Positions 43,101-55,100 of a DNA stretch of 64,000 nt are shown here, piece after piece. The DNA is from Phoronis australis (Eukaryota > Animalia > Phoronida). The notes under the pieces were generated by a model. That model was not told the origin of the DNA and made no database searches. It worked only from the letters and a program-made list of their open reading frames with translations. The stretch spans positions 62,001-126,000 of the forward strand of contig NMRA01000137.1 in assembly GCA_002633005.1 (NCBI GenBank). Reading direction: 5' to 3'. The stretch's first letter is position 1, and every line of letters starts with the position of its first letter. The translations under genes were made by a program, and so were the position numbers.

Positions 43101-46100
43101 CTAACGCTAAAACATAGAATAAGTCATAAAATTATCGTTTTCATATTATTGCTATTATCATTAAAACTAATATAATTATTACCAAGAACATTGAGAAAGG
43201 CGTTAGCATACACCCATCCGTGAGGATTACTAGCGTTGCACNATAAATATCAATTGAATTGTACACACATAACCATTATCTTGGTTCAGTCCTTACTTGG
43301 ATTTCCAAGGAGCCGTCTTCCTGAGGCACAAAGCGTCCCCCCGTCAGTTCACGACCATCTTTACTCCAGCTAATGATGGGTTTAGGTGCACCGAACACGT
43401 TACATGGAATCTTCACGGTTTTGCCATCTGGGAATTTCATTTCCTCCGGCAATTTCTTGGTAATAGAGGGCGGATCAGCTGAAACATAGAGGTGATCTTT
43501 GGTTATTGAAAATTTTAAGCAGTACCACATGTAGAGACAAGAAAGAACAGCAAATGATTTGTTTCGCACCTTGATGCCTCTATGAGGACACAGAACTACA
43601 GCAGACATTCACTAATTTAGGACTTTAGGACACAAATAGGTGGACAAGTCAAATTTTATTTTTTCATTTTCCACCATGAAAAATATGTAGCAGTAAAGTA
43701 ATGTAAGGTTTGTATCATAGCTGCAACCACACAATGTTTTGAAAAATTGCGGACATTCACAGCAATGTTGGCAGCCTTTGAAAAATGAAAAAATGGCTAC
43801 CTTCATTGGTAATTATTTTTGTCCAAAATTGGCGAGATTTTACGGCAACAAAGACAGGCTGAAAGTAGTTGACTGTATTGAACAGAAGTCTGAAGAGAAC
43901 ACCATACAAGGATACTCACGGTAATGTCTACGATAGTAATCAAATAAGACCGACTGTTCAATTGATTTAGCAATTAATGGCACAGGTGTTCTCAGAGTTC
44001 TGATCTAAACAAATTGTAGGAACCAAATTCACATGAGCTACTATTCCAGGTACATAGGGTTTAAAGGTCCAAGCAGCAGTAATTAACAATGTCATAAGCT
44101 GAAATTACAAACTTCAAACTGGAATGAATCAAACTTAATGGAGGTTAATATTACCATTATGGCAACCACCTTGTGGGCGTGGCATCATCCAAATATATTT
44201 AAATTTAAGAAACTAACCAATACTGACGTTTATAGAAGTTTAATCAAGCTGGTTAAGTTTGTGTATCAGGCTATGTCCACAATAATGACGTTTATAGAAG
44301 TTTAATCAAGCTGGTTAAGTTTGTGTATCAGGCTATGTCCACAATAATGACGTTTATAGAAGTTTAATCAAGCTGCTTAAGTTTGTGTATCAGGCTATGT
44401 CCACAATAATGACATTTATAGAAGTTTAATCAAGCTGGTTAAGTTTGTGTATCAGACTATGTCCACAATAATGATGTTTATAGAAGTTTAATCAAGCTGG
44501 TTAAGTTTGTGTATCAGGCTATGTCCACAATAATGACGTTTATAGAAGTTTAATAATGTCCACAATAATGACGTTTATAGAAGTTTAATCAAGCTGGTTA
44601 AGTCTGTGTATCAGGCTATGTCCACAAGCGCAAAGCTCTTACAAGAACGTCCATAATTAATTTTTGCTGTATATTCAATTTCTATATTGTGTACTTCGCA
44701 TATGTAAACATGTATGCTCAACTGTGCTGTTGGCCAAGAGCTTTGTGCACTTCAATAAAGTTATTGCATTAAGGCACTCAATAAAATCACAGCGGTGTAC
44801 GGTTTTATCAAGAGAAGTTAGGAAAACTTTAAATTTGCCACATTAAAACAAAGGGTCCCACTCCAAACATGAACCAAAACCATGGTTTTCAAAGATGGCA
44901 CTGCCTGGGGCTTCTAACGCTAAAACATAGAATAAGTCATAAAATTATCGTTTTCATATTATTGCTATTATCATTAAAACTAATATAATTATTACCAAGA
45001 ACATTGAGAAAGGCGTTAGCATACACCCATCCGTGAGGATTACTAGCGTTGCACTGTAGCACACCCACGTCAGCCTTAAGAAGGTTGCGGTAGACAATTC
45101 TGTTGTTCTCGTATTGACGGCGTGGATTAGGTGGCGCCGCTGGAAAGGGAGTTTATTAAGAGAGTCAGTAATAATCCATTAAAAGGCAAATACAACAAAA
45201 CAGAAAACCGAAACTGAAAACAGGCTCCTAATGTGTGCAAATCCACAGTGAATTTTGTTGACTTCGCATAGCTTTTCTCATTAATCTACATTCACTCTAA
45301 CAGCACTGAACTGTCACGTGGATGAGAAATTTTAAACCTTTTGCTTTTTTCTAACTTTCTCTTCGTCTTCATCAAAATCAAGCATCATAATCAAACCAAA
45401 TTGATGAAGTCGCAGCTCCTTTTTGCGTAACATTTTACAAGTTCGGGGAAAATGAACTTTTATCATTTCAACTCCTTTCCAGATAAGTACTAAAACTTAA
45501 ATGATCTATACCATAGTGTAGACTTACAAGCAATCGGCACACCATTGATGAACCATTCAATTTTGGCTCGCGGAAAGGCATCGGCTTCACAATAGAACGT
45601 AGCATCTTCCTCTTCAGCAGCATTCACGTTTTGCGGTTTCCTTTTCCAAAAGGGTTTTGCTACAATGGATGTGCGTAGATTACTATACGTGTTTAAGGCA
45701 TCTACAGATGTCTCCATGGCATGGCGTCACGAGTTGCGACAAAATTCAATGGCAATTTCATAAAGCTAGCAAAATTCATTTTTCTGTTGTGATACCGTGT
45801 TGTGGGAACCATCTCAATTCAGATGTTTGCAAGAATGATTCCATAGGCATCTATAAATCCAGGTACCTGTATATATTGTGTGGTCCCTCACTTCGTTGTT
45901 TCAGTTTTGTTGTCAACACCTTTGTGTTATATTTTAAAGTACTTTAAGGTAGGACGCTACAAACGATTGTATCACTTTTGATATTTTTTGACAATTTGAA
46001 ATTTCTGCATTTTTGAGCTTTCTAATCATCCTTAATCAATATTCTGTGGTCCAAGACATGACAAAACTAACCCTTTTTGTTGAATTTCTATTTTTTTAAA

Positions 46101-49100
46101 CATACCCTTCCAAAAAGTTTTGTCACGTAATTTTGTCCAAAACAACAGCTTGTCGACAGCAGTTCCAGATCTATTACACCACCATATTGTATTTTCAGAA
46201 TTTCCCTTCGGTTCATTCATAACACTCGTGAACTTTCCAGGAATTCGTGCTAAAAGTATGCTATTTTTATCATTACTACTGTGTTGAATAGCTTTTTACA
46301 AACATAATAAACCTCTGAGCACGATAAACAAAAAAGAAAAAAATCTGTTGGGGGTAAATTGTTGAGCTTAATTCACTCGCAGTCTTCACCCCATTTACCA
46401 CATAAACATCAAAATGTGTTTTAAGCTCATCTTGGTAAACACAGTCCAGAATTATCTTTCTTGGTTTTTATTTAACGAAAATTTGAAAAAATCAGCGCAC
46501 TTCCCTACCTTAAAACTACATAACTATTTACTTTGTTTTGATTACATCGTCAGCAACATTAAACCTTCCTTTATAGCACTGAATATCACAAACACAAATT
46601 CAATATCTCAAAAGTACCTTTCCTTTTTTGCTAAATTTTACATATTCATGTTACCCAATTACTAATAGACAGCGGGTATAAAGTTAAAAGCCAAAGTCTA
46701 CAAACTTTCTATTTTCAGAAAACATAGTTTTACTGAGTTACGTTAGGTAAATTAGTATTGGTTTAGATATCCTATACTCTCCGTTTATTGTATATTTGTA
46801 ACATGGGCCGAAGACCTATTTACATGAAATACATTTTTTTATAGTTTTGCAGATCATTGGTTGAACGCTTGTTGCTTGTTAATAAGGTCCTACATAATCC
46901 TTCAAGCTTTTATCGCTGGCCAGGGAAAAAACACTGAAATGGTTGTAGCAGCAGGTGCAAAACAATCCAAACAGGATTTGGTATCTTTTTTCACGTGGCA
47001 AATCGTCTTCACTTACACTGCACGGCCAAGTTGAAATTTTGTCTGACGACCTTGTCCGTATTGGCATTGGAGGCTGAGCAAGAGATCTGACCAGCGTCCT
47101 CCATAGATGTGTTTCTGATCGTCAAAATAGTGTTGTGCATCCTGGTGCTGTACCGATTCCTGTCTTTGTTCGTCCACTCCCACTTGACATTCGGTGTGGG
47201 GCTGAGTGAGAAAATGATGGTACTTACTGGCCTACTAAATAAAGCTATTATACAATGAAACGCTTAATATTTCTGAACCAGAATGTTGATGTCTCGGTGA
47301 AATTGAATTGCTTGAAAGCACTTTTATTCCAATTTATATCACTCACTGAGTGTATTATCAGCTGGAATAAATGATCTCACATATGGCTTCTTGTAGAATG
47401 TGCTGTCAGAACGACTGGCTTTCATGAACACAAAAGTTGTTATTTCAAAGAATGAAGCCACATATTATTTCTACTCACTATCCAGAGAAGATACACTGCA
47501 TCTCTGTTGTCGTGCCAACACGACCAACAATGGTGCTACTCCCCGACGCCCACATGAGTTTAATGCTCCTCTGTGGAATGTTTCCACTAACTGTTCAGGA
47601 CGGAATAAGAAAATAATTAGTACACCATTAAAGGAGAAAGCTTTGCCTACTGTCCTAATATGACAATGTCTATCAGACAGTCATGTAGCCGATGACTTTT
47701 CACACAAAACACACCGTCAATGAGAACAGCAGCTGAACAATTGTGAACGACCTTGACCTAACTAGCATTCAACATCTGCTTAATTACCAAGTGAAGTTGT
47801 AAAAATATTTTGGAAAACAAAAATTAAAATAAACAAAAGAGAAAATTTCAAGAAAACAAAAGCAGTTAACAGTATTCAAAATAATCCGAAAAATAATATA
47901 ATTGCAAATAATATGTTGGTATAAATTCTAATTTTGCGATTTTGATATTTGTTATTTAGCAAAAACATGAGGGTAACTTAAAACTCATTTTAATAAAATA
48001 AGTGAAAAAGAATTACCCAAGTAACCGAGAGCCCATAAAACAAGTTGTACCTCAAATTGCTCAGTGTATGAAAGACTGTACCTCAACTAAGAAACAAGTT
48101 GACAAGAATCAGATATCCCGGATTTTCATTAAAAAATATTTTAAAGATTGCCATCCATAACCCGGTTTCAAATCACAATAAAATGGAGAAGACCGCCCAT
48201 ATCATGAAACGTTGTTTAAACAACATCTCTTCAAAATACAATAAAGTGACACGGAGCACTAGATTATATTCAAACACTTGTGTCACGTGAACATCACCTC
48301 AAGCCATGTGAGCATGCTGAACTGTCACATTCATGTTCACACACATGCAATGAATTGAACGAGATGCATAAATTGTTAGTATATGTGTTGGGGTCAGGGT
48401 ACGTAGCCAGTAACGTTTCACTCAAAATCAGACATGGTCTTGTAATACTAATGTTATCACTCATTTCTTACATGCCAGTCATGGTTGCCCAACAAACAAG
48501 TGTTGCATTATTTTATCATTTTCGCACACGCCATATCCAACCACACAAGAAAGGTTGAGCGTGGCACACAAACAATCAAATTCTATCACTGAATCTACAC
48601 AAGTTGGAAACGGATATCGTAATGCATTTTCGTTTTTTTTCACTCTAATTTACATTTTCTAAAAAAACACTAAGCAAATTGGTTTAAGAAAAAAAAAAAC
48701 ACAGATACAAATGCAGAAAAACATAACTTTGAAGTTGGAACTAAGAAACAAGAACAAAAAGGTGTACGTCAACCAACAGAAAAATTAAGATCCTATAAAA
48801 AGTGCTATTCTTAAAACAATACTATGCAGAACCTTTTTAAAACAGGAGTTAAAAATTCTATCAAAACCAACTCTGCTTAAAATAATTAGTAACAATTTTT
48901 CAAGTCACTGAAACCTAATTATTCATACCAGCTGCCAGAAAAATATTTTAAGAACTGGACACTTAACAACAAAAACCCACAACACTGTTTTAATGGGTCT
49001 ACAAAATCACAACAAGGCAGGTAACCACCTAGTAACCTAATACATTTTTACAGAGACGGGAAAATACCATTCAAAATGTATAGGAAAAGCAAAATTGTTA

Positions 49101-52100
49101 TGCACCCAAACCAAAATGTGTATGAAAAATTAGCTGTTCAAAGCAACGAAAATAGAAAGCAAATAGTCTGCTCAGACTACTGCTAGTGTCACCATTGGAG
49201 AAAACAAGAATAATTATGTCATGTTTTGTTAATTTTAGTTAAATCATAAGTTGCTGGATTTGCACGTAAGGAAATGAAATACAAAGAAAAATGCATAATC
49301 TCATTGTACAAAAGCACCGATTTCGCTCAAACTCGACCAAAATAAGTCCAAATTAGCCTATTTCGAACAGGCAGACAAAGAATTGCTATTGAACATTAGC
49401 TAAATACAAGACAGCTGAAGTTTACTGGCTCTAGTTACAGAACCAAGATGCAGGAAAAATTTGTGCTTAAAATATGGGCTTAAATTAACATGCTCAAAAG
49501 TCATGCTGCAAACTTGGATCCGTATTTAATCAAAACAAGACCAAAAGGTTCCAAGTCTCATGTAAAAGATAATAAAAATAATTTCAAATTATGCTTTCAA
49601 GCAGTAAAAACCCAATGGAATCAAACAGTTCATTGGACTTTCTCAAAAATATCAGCAAAACTTTTAAGTCCAACCATATGCCTGCGCATAATTCACTGAC
49701 TGGACAAACTGCCGAGAGTAAGAAAGATCAACTGGTGGCCAATCATTTGTTTAGAAGCAAATCAATAACATGCAGTTAACTTAGGTACAACTTGTTTTAG
49801 TGGCTACCGGCAACTCAGGGGAGATAAATCTTCAGCTGTACACATTCCTCTTGTACCTTATCAGTCACAAATCCAAAAAATGTTCACTCCCAAAGACCCC
49901 GCGACAACGAGCTTGCATTGCTTAGCTTTACATGAAAGAATGATCTAATTTTTGGTTACTGTGTTAAATAAAATAAATACCAAATCAGCAGTTTTAATTA
50001 TAGAAGATTCATTTTTGAGCAAAAATTTGTAATGCGTGTCAGCAAAATTCACATGATTTGGTGATAGTTTTCAAACAAAAAATTAAGAACTACTGCTTGA
50101 ACTTTTCAAAGAGGATAGTGCACACAATCAAAAATGTTTTTAACATTAAAAAATTGGCAGATCAAACGCGGATCAAAAGCATCAACATAAGTACCCTTTC
50201 GGACAATGATCTTGGATTTGAAGCCGAGCGCCGCCTTACGAAGAACCAAGTTGTGTACGCCGCAGGAGTAAATGGCGCCATCTAGCTCATCCTTTCGGAG
50301 AACGTTGGAAAAACGTAATTTACCTGAAACAATCAGTCGGTGACGGAGCCACTAGTATGATAGTCAAGACAACTACAAGCGAACGTGCAACTTAGGGTTA
50401 CAACACCTAGAGACAGGGAGAGACAGTGAGAGCAGACAACACAGCACTAGGTCAGTGCATGAAGCGGCCACCAGAGGGCAGCTGTCTGTCTAGTCAAGAG
50501 CAGTGCATTGTGGACCTGCCTCAAGGCACAATGGCAGAGTGCTGTGTGAGATAAAAAAATAAAATGAAAAGCATCCACATCGAAGACTGGACCAAATACT
50601 TTGTGGTTACCTTCCTGCACTCTGATTTTAGTATCCTCGTCCATTGCTAGAGTTCGCAAGTAGTCGTTCTCGCTAATGCAGATATAAGTCTCCGCGCTGT
50701 CTGAACGTTTAACATTAGCGAAATGCAATCGACCTGGATGGGTGGATGACGAACACGGTTTATGTAACAGGATTTAAAACAAAAACACAATGGAAATAAG
50801 ACTCTTTCTGTGCTTGGTGAAGCGATGACTTGAATACCAACAAAACTGAGTTTACACAAGAGCTATGACATGAAGATGACTTATACATGGAAATGAACAC
50901 AGTTGAAAAACAGACAAACACAAATAGGTTGTGAATGGTAAAAGTGGTAGCAAAAACACATCATATCATGCATGTCCTTCTACAGTCATCCTGCACTTGC
51001 AGTAAACATGAACTGTACATATCCGAAAGTACTGTGCAGGTGTAGCATTAAATAATGCCCCCTTAAAAAATGACCTGTGGGTCATATTACATTATTAAAA
51101 ATGACCCAGAGTAGTCTTTGCACCGGGTCAAAATTCAGTGTGAATTTTCAATCCATGAAAAAATGACCCGACATCCGCGAAAGTGTGTCCTGTCATTATT
51201 CAACGGTTCCGCAGCCATGATGGGGTTGGGATAAGGAGACATGATACCTGCAATAGAGGATCTCTCAACAAAGTTTGATACGTGGATGTTTATGTCTGGG
51301 GGGAGACCTCTGGGGGAGGGGGTAGGGGTAAGGGGGTGGGGGACCTACTGTGTTAGCTATTCAACCAGTATACCGGGATGCGCAATGATCACGGTATAAT
51401 TCTTCAGTTTGGCACGCAAAATTGCACAACACAGTTTTGTTGTGATATAGACCGTCCCCATTAAGTGCCATTCACACACAGACTTACTCTGGAACAAATT
51501 ACTCCTAGAACGAGTTGTCGCTTGCTTTGAGTGCTGTGCGGACGTAATTTGAACTAGCCCAACTTACCCCACTTGTGACAACTTCCTCCACATTATCGAG
51601 GTGGGGTAACTTGTAATTGCTATAGTGGCCGCAAAAGTAACGTAGGGCTGAAGTAATGATCAGCTGCCGTTATATAACAGACAGGTCTTCTTTTGTGTGT
51701 CGTATTCACATCAGCTCTTCATTGTCATGCATAGAGGTTAATTATCAGCTGCCGTTATGTAACAGACAGGTCTTCTTTTGTGTGTCGTTATTCACATCAG
51801 TAATTCATTGTCATACATAGAGGGACAACTTACCCCACTTACCCCAGTTATTGGGTTAAGTGGGGTAAGTTGTACTAGAACAAGTTGTTCTAGGGTAGAA
51901 TGTGTGTGGACGGAACTCAGGATGGTCCACAGCCTTGAGCATGTGTTAAATAACGTGCGTGTCGTGATGTATTGTCATATTCCAGGACATTCAGCAAAAT
52001 TGTTTTGTGTAACTACGATTGGCTATCCAATAACCAACCTAATTCATCTTCAATTCGCACTGCCTTATCACAGCTTGGCGCCAGGGGTAAAAAGACATTC

Positions 52101-55100
52101 GTTTCCAGTTTGGCCATTTCATTCTCCGAAACCCGATAAGTAACATCTCTCGTTTATTATCATAACAGTTCATGTCGAAAAATAGGGATGACATATTAAA
52201 CAGAGTTCCACTGTACTAGGTTGACAGAGGAACTATTTCAAGCTGTAAATTAAAGAAACATTTGATTTTCAGTAAGGACAACCTGAATTCCTCTGCAAGT
52301 AAAGAAAATTGACAATTAATTTAAAATGATTATATACGAAAACAAAAGAACATCAGCAAATAGGTCACTCACATGAAGGACTGTACTGGAACACACACAA
52401 AGTTTTAACAGCACAAGAACAACCTACATTTAAAATTTTCGGTCCATACGAGTCATGTTTTCTCTGTTTAGGATCGTGTGTTNAAATAACTTGCGTGTCG
52501 TGATGTATTGTCATATTCCAGGACATTCAGCAAAATTGTTTTGTGTAACTACGATTGGCTATCCAATAACCAACCTAATTCATGTTCAATTCGCACTGCC
52601 TTATCACAGCTTGGCGCCAGGGGTAAAAAGACATTCGTTTCCAGTTTGGCCATTTCATTCTCCGAAACCCGATAAATAACATCTCTCGTTTATTATCATA
52701 ACAGTTCATGTCGAAAAATAGGGATGACATATTAAACAGAGTTCCACTGTACTAGGTTGACAGAGGAACTATTTCAAGCTGTAAATTAAAGAAACATTTG
52801 ATTTTCAGTAAGGACAACCTGAATTCCTCTGCAAGTAAAGAAAATTGACAATTAATTTAAAATGATTATATACGAAAACAAAAGAACATCAGCAAATAGG
52901 TCACTCACATGAAGGACTGTACTGGAACACACACAAAGTTTTAACAGCACAAGAACAACCTACATTTAAAATTTTCGGTCCATACGAGTCATGTTTTCTC
53001 TGTTTAGGATCGTGTGTTGAAACCTCAACAAGTCTAGCTATTACTCGAGCAAACACAATTATAGAGACTCACAAAGGACATATTAATTATTGACCTAGGA
53101 TGGCAAATACAGGGTACATCATATCTATTTATGAACCACGACATTTTGTAAAACATTAAAGCTGCAATAAACCGGTATTCCATACAAAAAGTTAACATTC
53201 CATTTATACAAACAAACCCCTATAAAGTTGGAGTCAACTTGTGCCTTACTCAGATGAGACATTAATTCTGGGTTTGCAAAGAGCTGAAGGTTCATTATTC
53301 GTCGAGATCATGTTCACCGCCAAAATGACACGGTGTGACAGGCCAACTTGTAGAGCCTGGCCTCAATAAATAACAGTCCGTCAGTTCCTTCAAAGCCCTC
53401 AAACCAACCCTAATATGCCTAAGGAAAATTTTGAGATGCATTTCATAACAGTTAGTGGCGTAAATCAAAAGTGGGCTTTTGTGATGGAATGCGATTTTAT
53501 TTACACTTTATCATCTTATGGCAGTCTTAGACAATAATTTGAGCTTCTACATTCTTCCAGGGCAATGCCCAGGTGACTAGTGTTTAACGTTAACCACTTA
53601 ATGAACAAGAACCATTTCAGTGAAATATACACTGTGGTTTTAACTAAGTGTGGATGTATAACCTAAAAGGTGTTTACACATGGACAAGTTTGAAAACGAA
53701 AGGGTGGGCGTTAAGTTGACGACAGGTGATAACCCAGACTAATGTGGCAATTGTGAAATAATTGTGGTACAATTTTGTCAATTTCAGACAAAAAATTGCT
53801 CAAATGGGTCTTCTTTGATTTTACAAAGACTTTTGACATAGTTGTGAATGACCACTATTTCTCGATCATTCTCACGGTAGATATAGTATAGAATTTTAAA
53901 TAACAAATAGCATTTATTTTGTGGTACTCTTTTTTGCGAAAAATGGAAAAGTAATTTCACTCTTCGGCCATATCGTATCATAAACAGGTGAGATTTTACC
54001 GTATTTTTCAATATTAAGATCTCATCTTATTCAGGTATTGACACATAAAGTGCCGTCCGCACAAAGACTTACCCTATAACAAGTTACTCTTGGAACGAGT
54101 TGTCCCTAGGTTTGAGTGCTGTCTGGATGCTATTTAAACTAGCACAACTTACTCCACTTGTGACAACTTACTCCACATTATCTAGGTGGGGTAACTTCTA
54201 ATCATTGTGTGGCTGCAAAAGTGGGTGTAGGGTGGAAGTAATTGTCAGCTGGGGTTACATGCAGACATTTTTGTGCGCCATACCCGCATTAGACGTTCAT
54301 TACCACGCAAAGAGCGACAACTTCAATCTTACACCAGTTATCTGATATGTGTTTGTGTGTGTAAAGGCTCCACTCAAAAGTGGGAGTAAGTTGCACTAGT
54401 GCAAGTTGTTTTAGGGTAGGCTGTATGTGGACGGGACTTAAGACATAGAAAATCATTTATGGTGAAAGAAGTAATTTGTTGATATAGCTCCAAAAAATCT
54501 TGATCCACACACAAATATGCCCTTGAAGTAAAGCTGGTGCAAGAAATCTGGTACCTTCCAAGTCGATGACAACCCGTGAATCATATTTTATAGCCATGTT
54601 GACGTTACTTGTGTCTTTATACGACCAGTAATACGTGCCCTGAGGGAACGAGGTGGGTGGAGTGCAGAGAACGGTCAAAGGGTCGCCTTCATTTACTGTG
54701 TAGACGTACGGTTGTTCCCTAGCAGGGAACGGATTGAGGACTGGAACAAAGAACAATGAAAGTGTTGGTCTACGATAAGCAAATAGTTAAATATCAGAAC
54801 AAACAATTAGAGTGTTATGTTGAGCCTAACTTCCTGTTGTGTTTTTACTAGAATTTCAAAAAGGCCAGATAAATTTCAAAAAAATCCATCTACGCTTTGG
54901 CCATACACTGCAAACCAAGATATTCTAATCAGTAAAATAAAGAAATATGATATGAAACAAGTGATTATGATTTCACATTTTTTTAATCACTGGGAGGATC
55001 CTGCCATAGTCTGGATGGTGATATGCAACAGAGTACAGCCACTGACCAATTTCTCCACCCTCAGCATACTCGATTACTGTATCGAAAACCATTTGGTGAA

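Larger units (their letters stand above)
41370..45054. repeat. ~1.85-kb tandem duplication split by N at 43242; probable haplotype overlap
   Basis: 41370-43241 vs 43243-45054 differ by scattered SNPs and one minisatellite unit. Confidence 0.85.

Noticed and set aside
41424-43478. Duplicated Ig5 exon as a second mutually exclusive pair
   Set aside because: Identical protein, flanking introns also duplicated, junction is an N; best explained as haplotype overlap.
42347-44626. Regular repeats resembling a CRISPR array (also 22958-23379 and 24631-24846)
   Set aside because: Head-to-tail units with no unique spacers, no cas genes, eukaryotic intron context.
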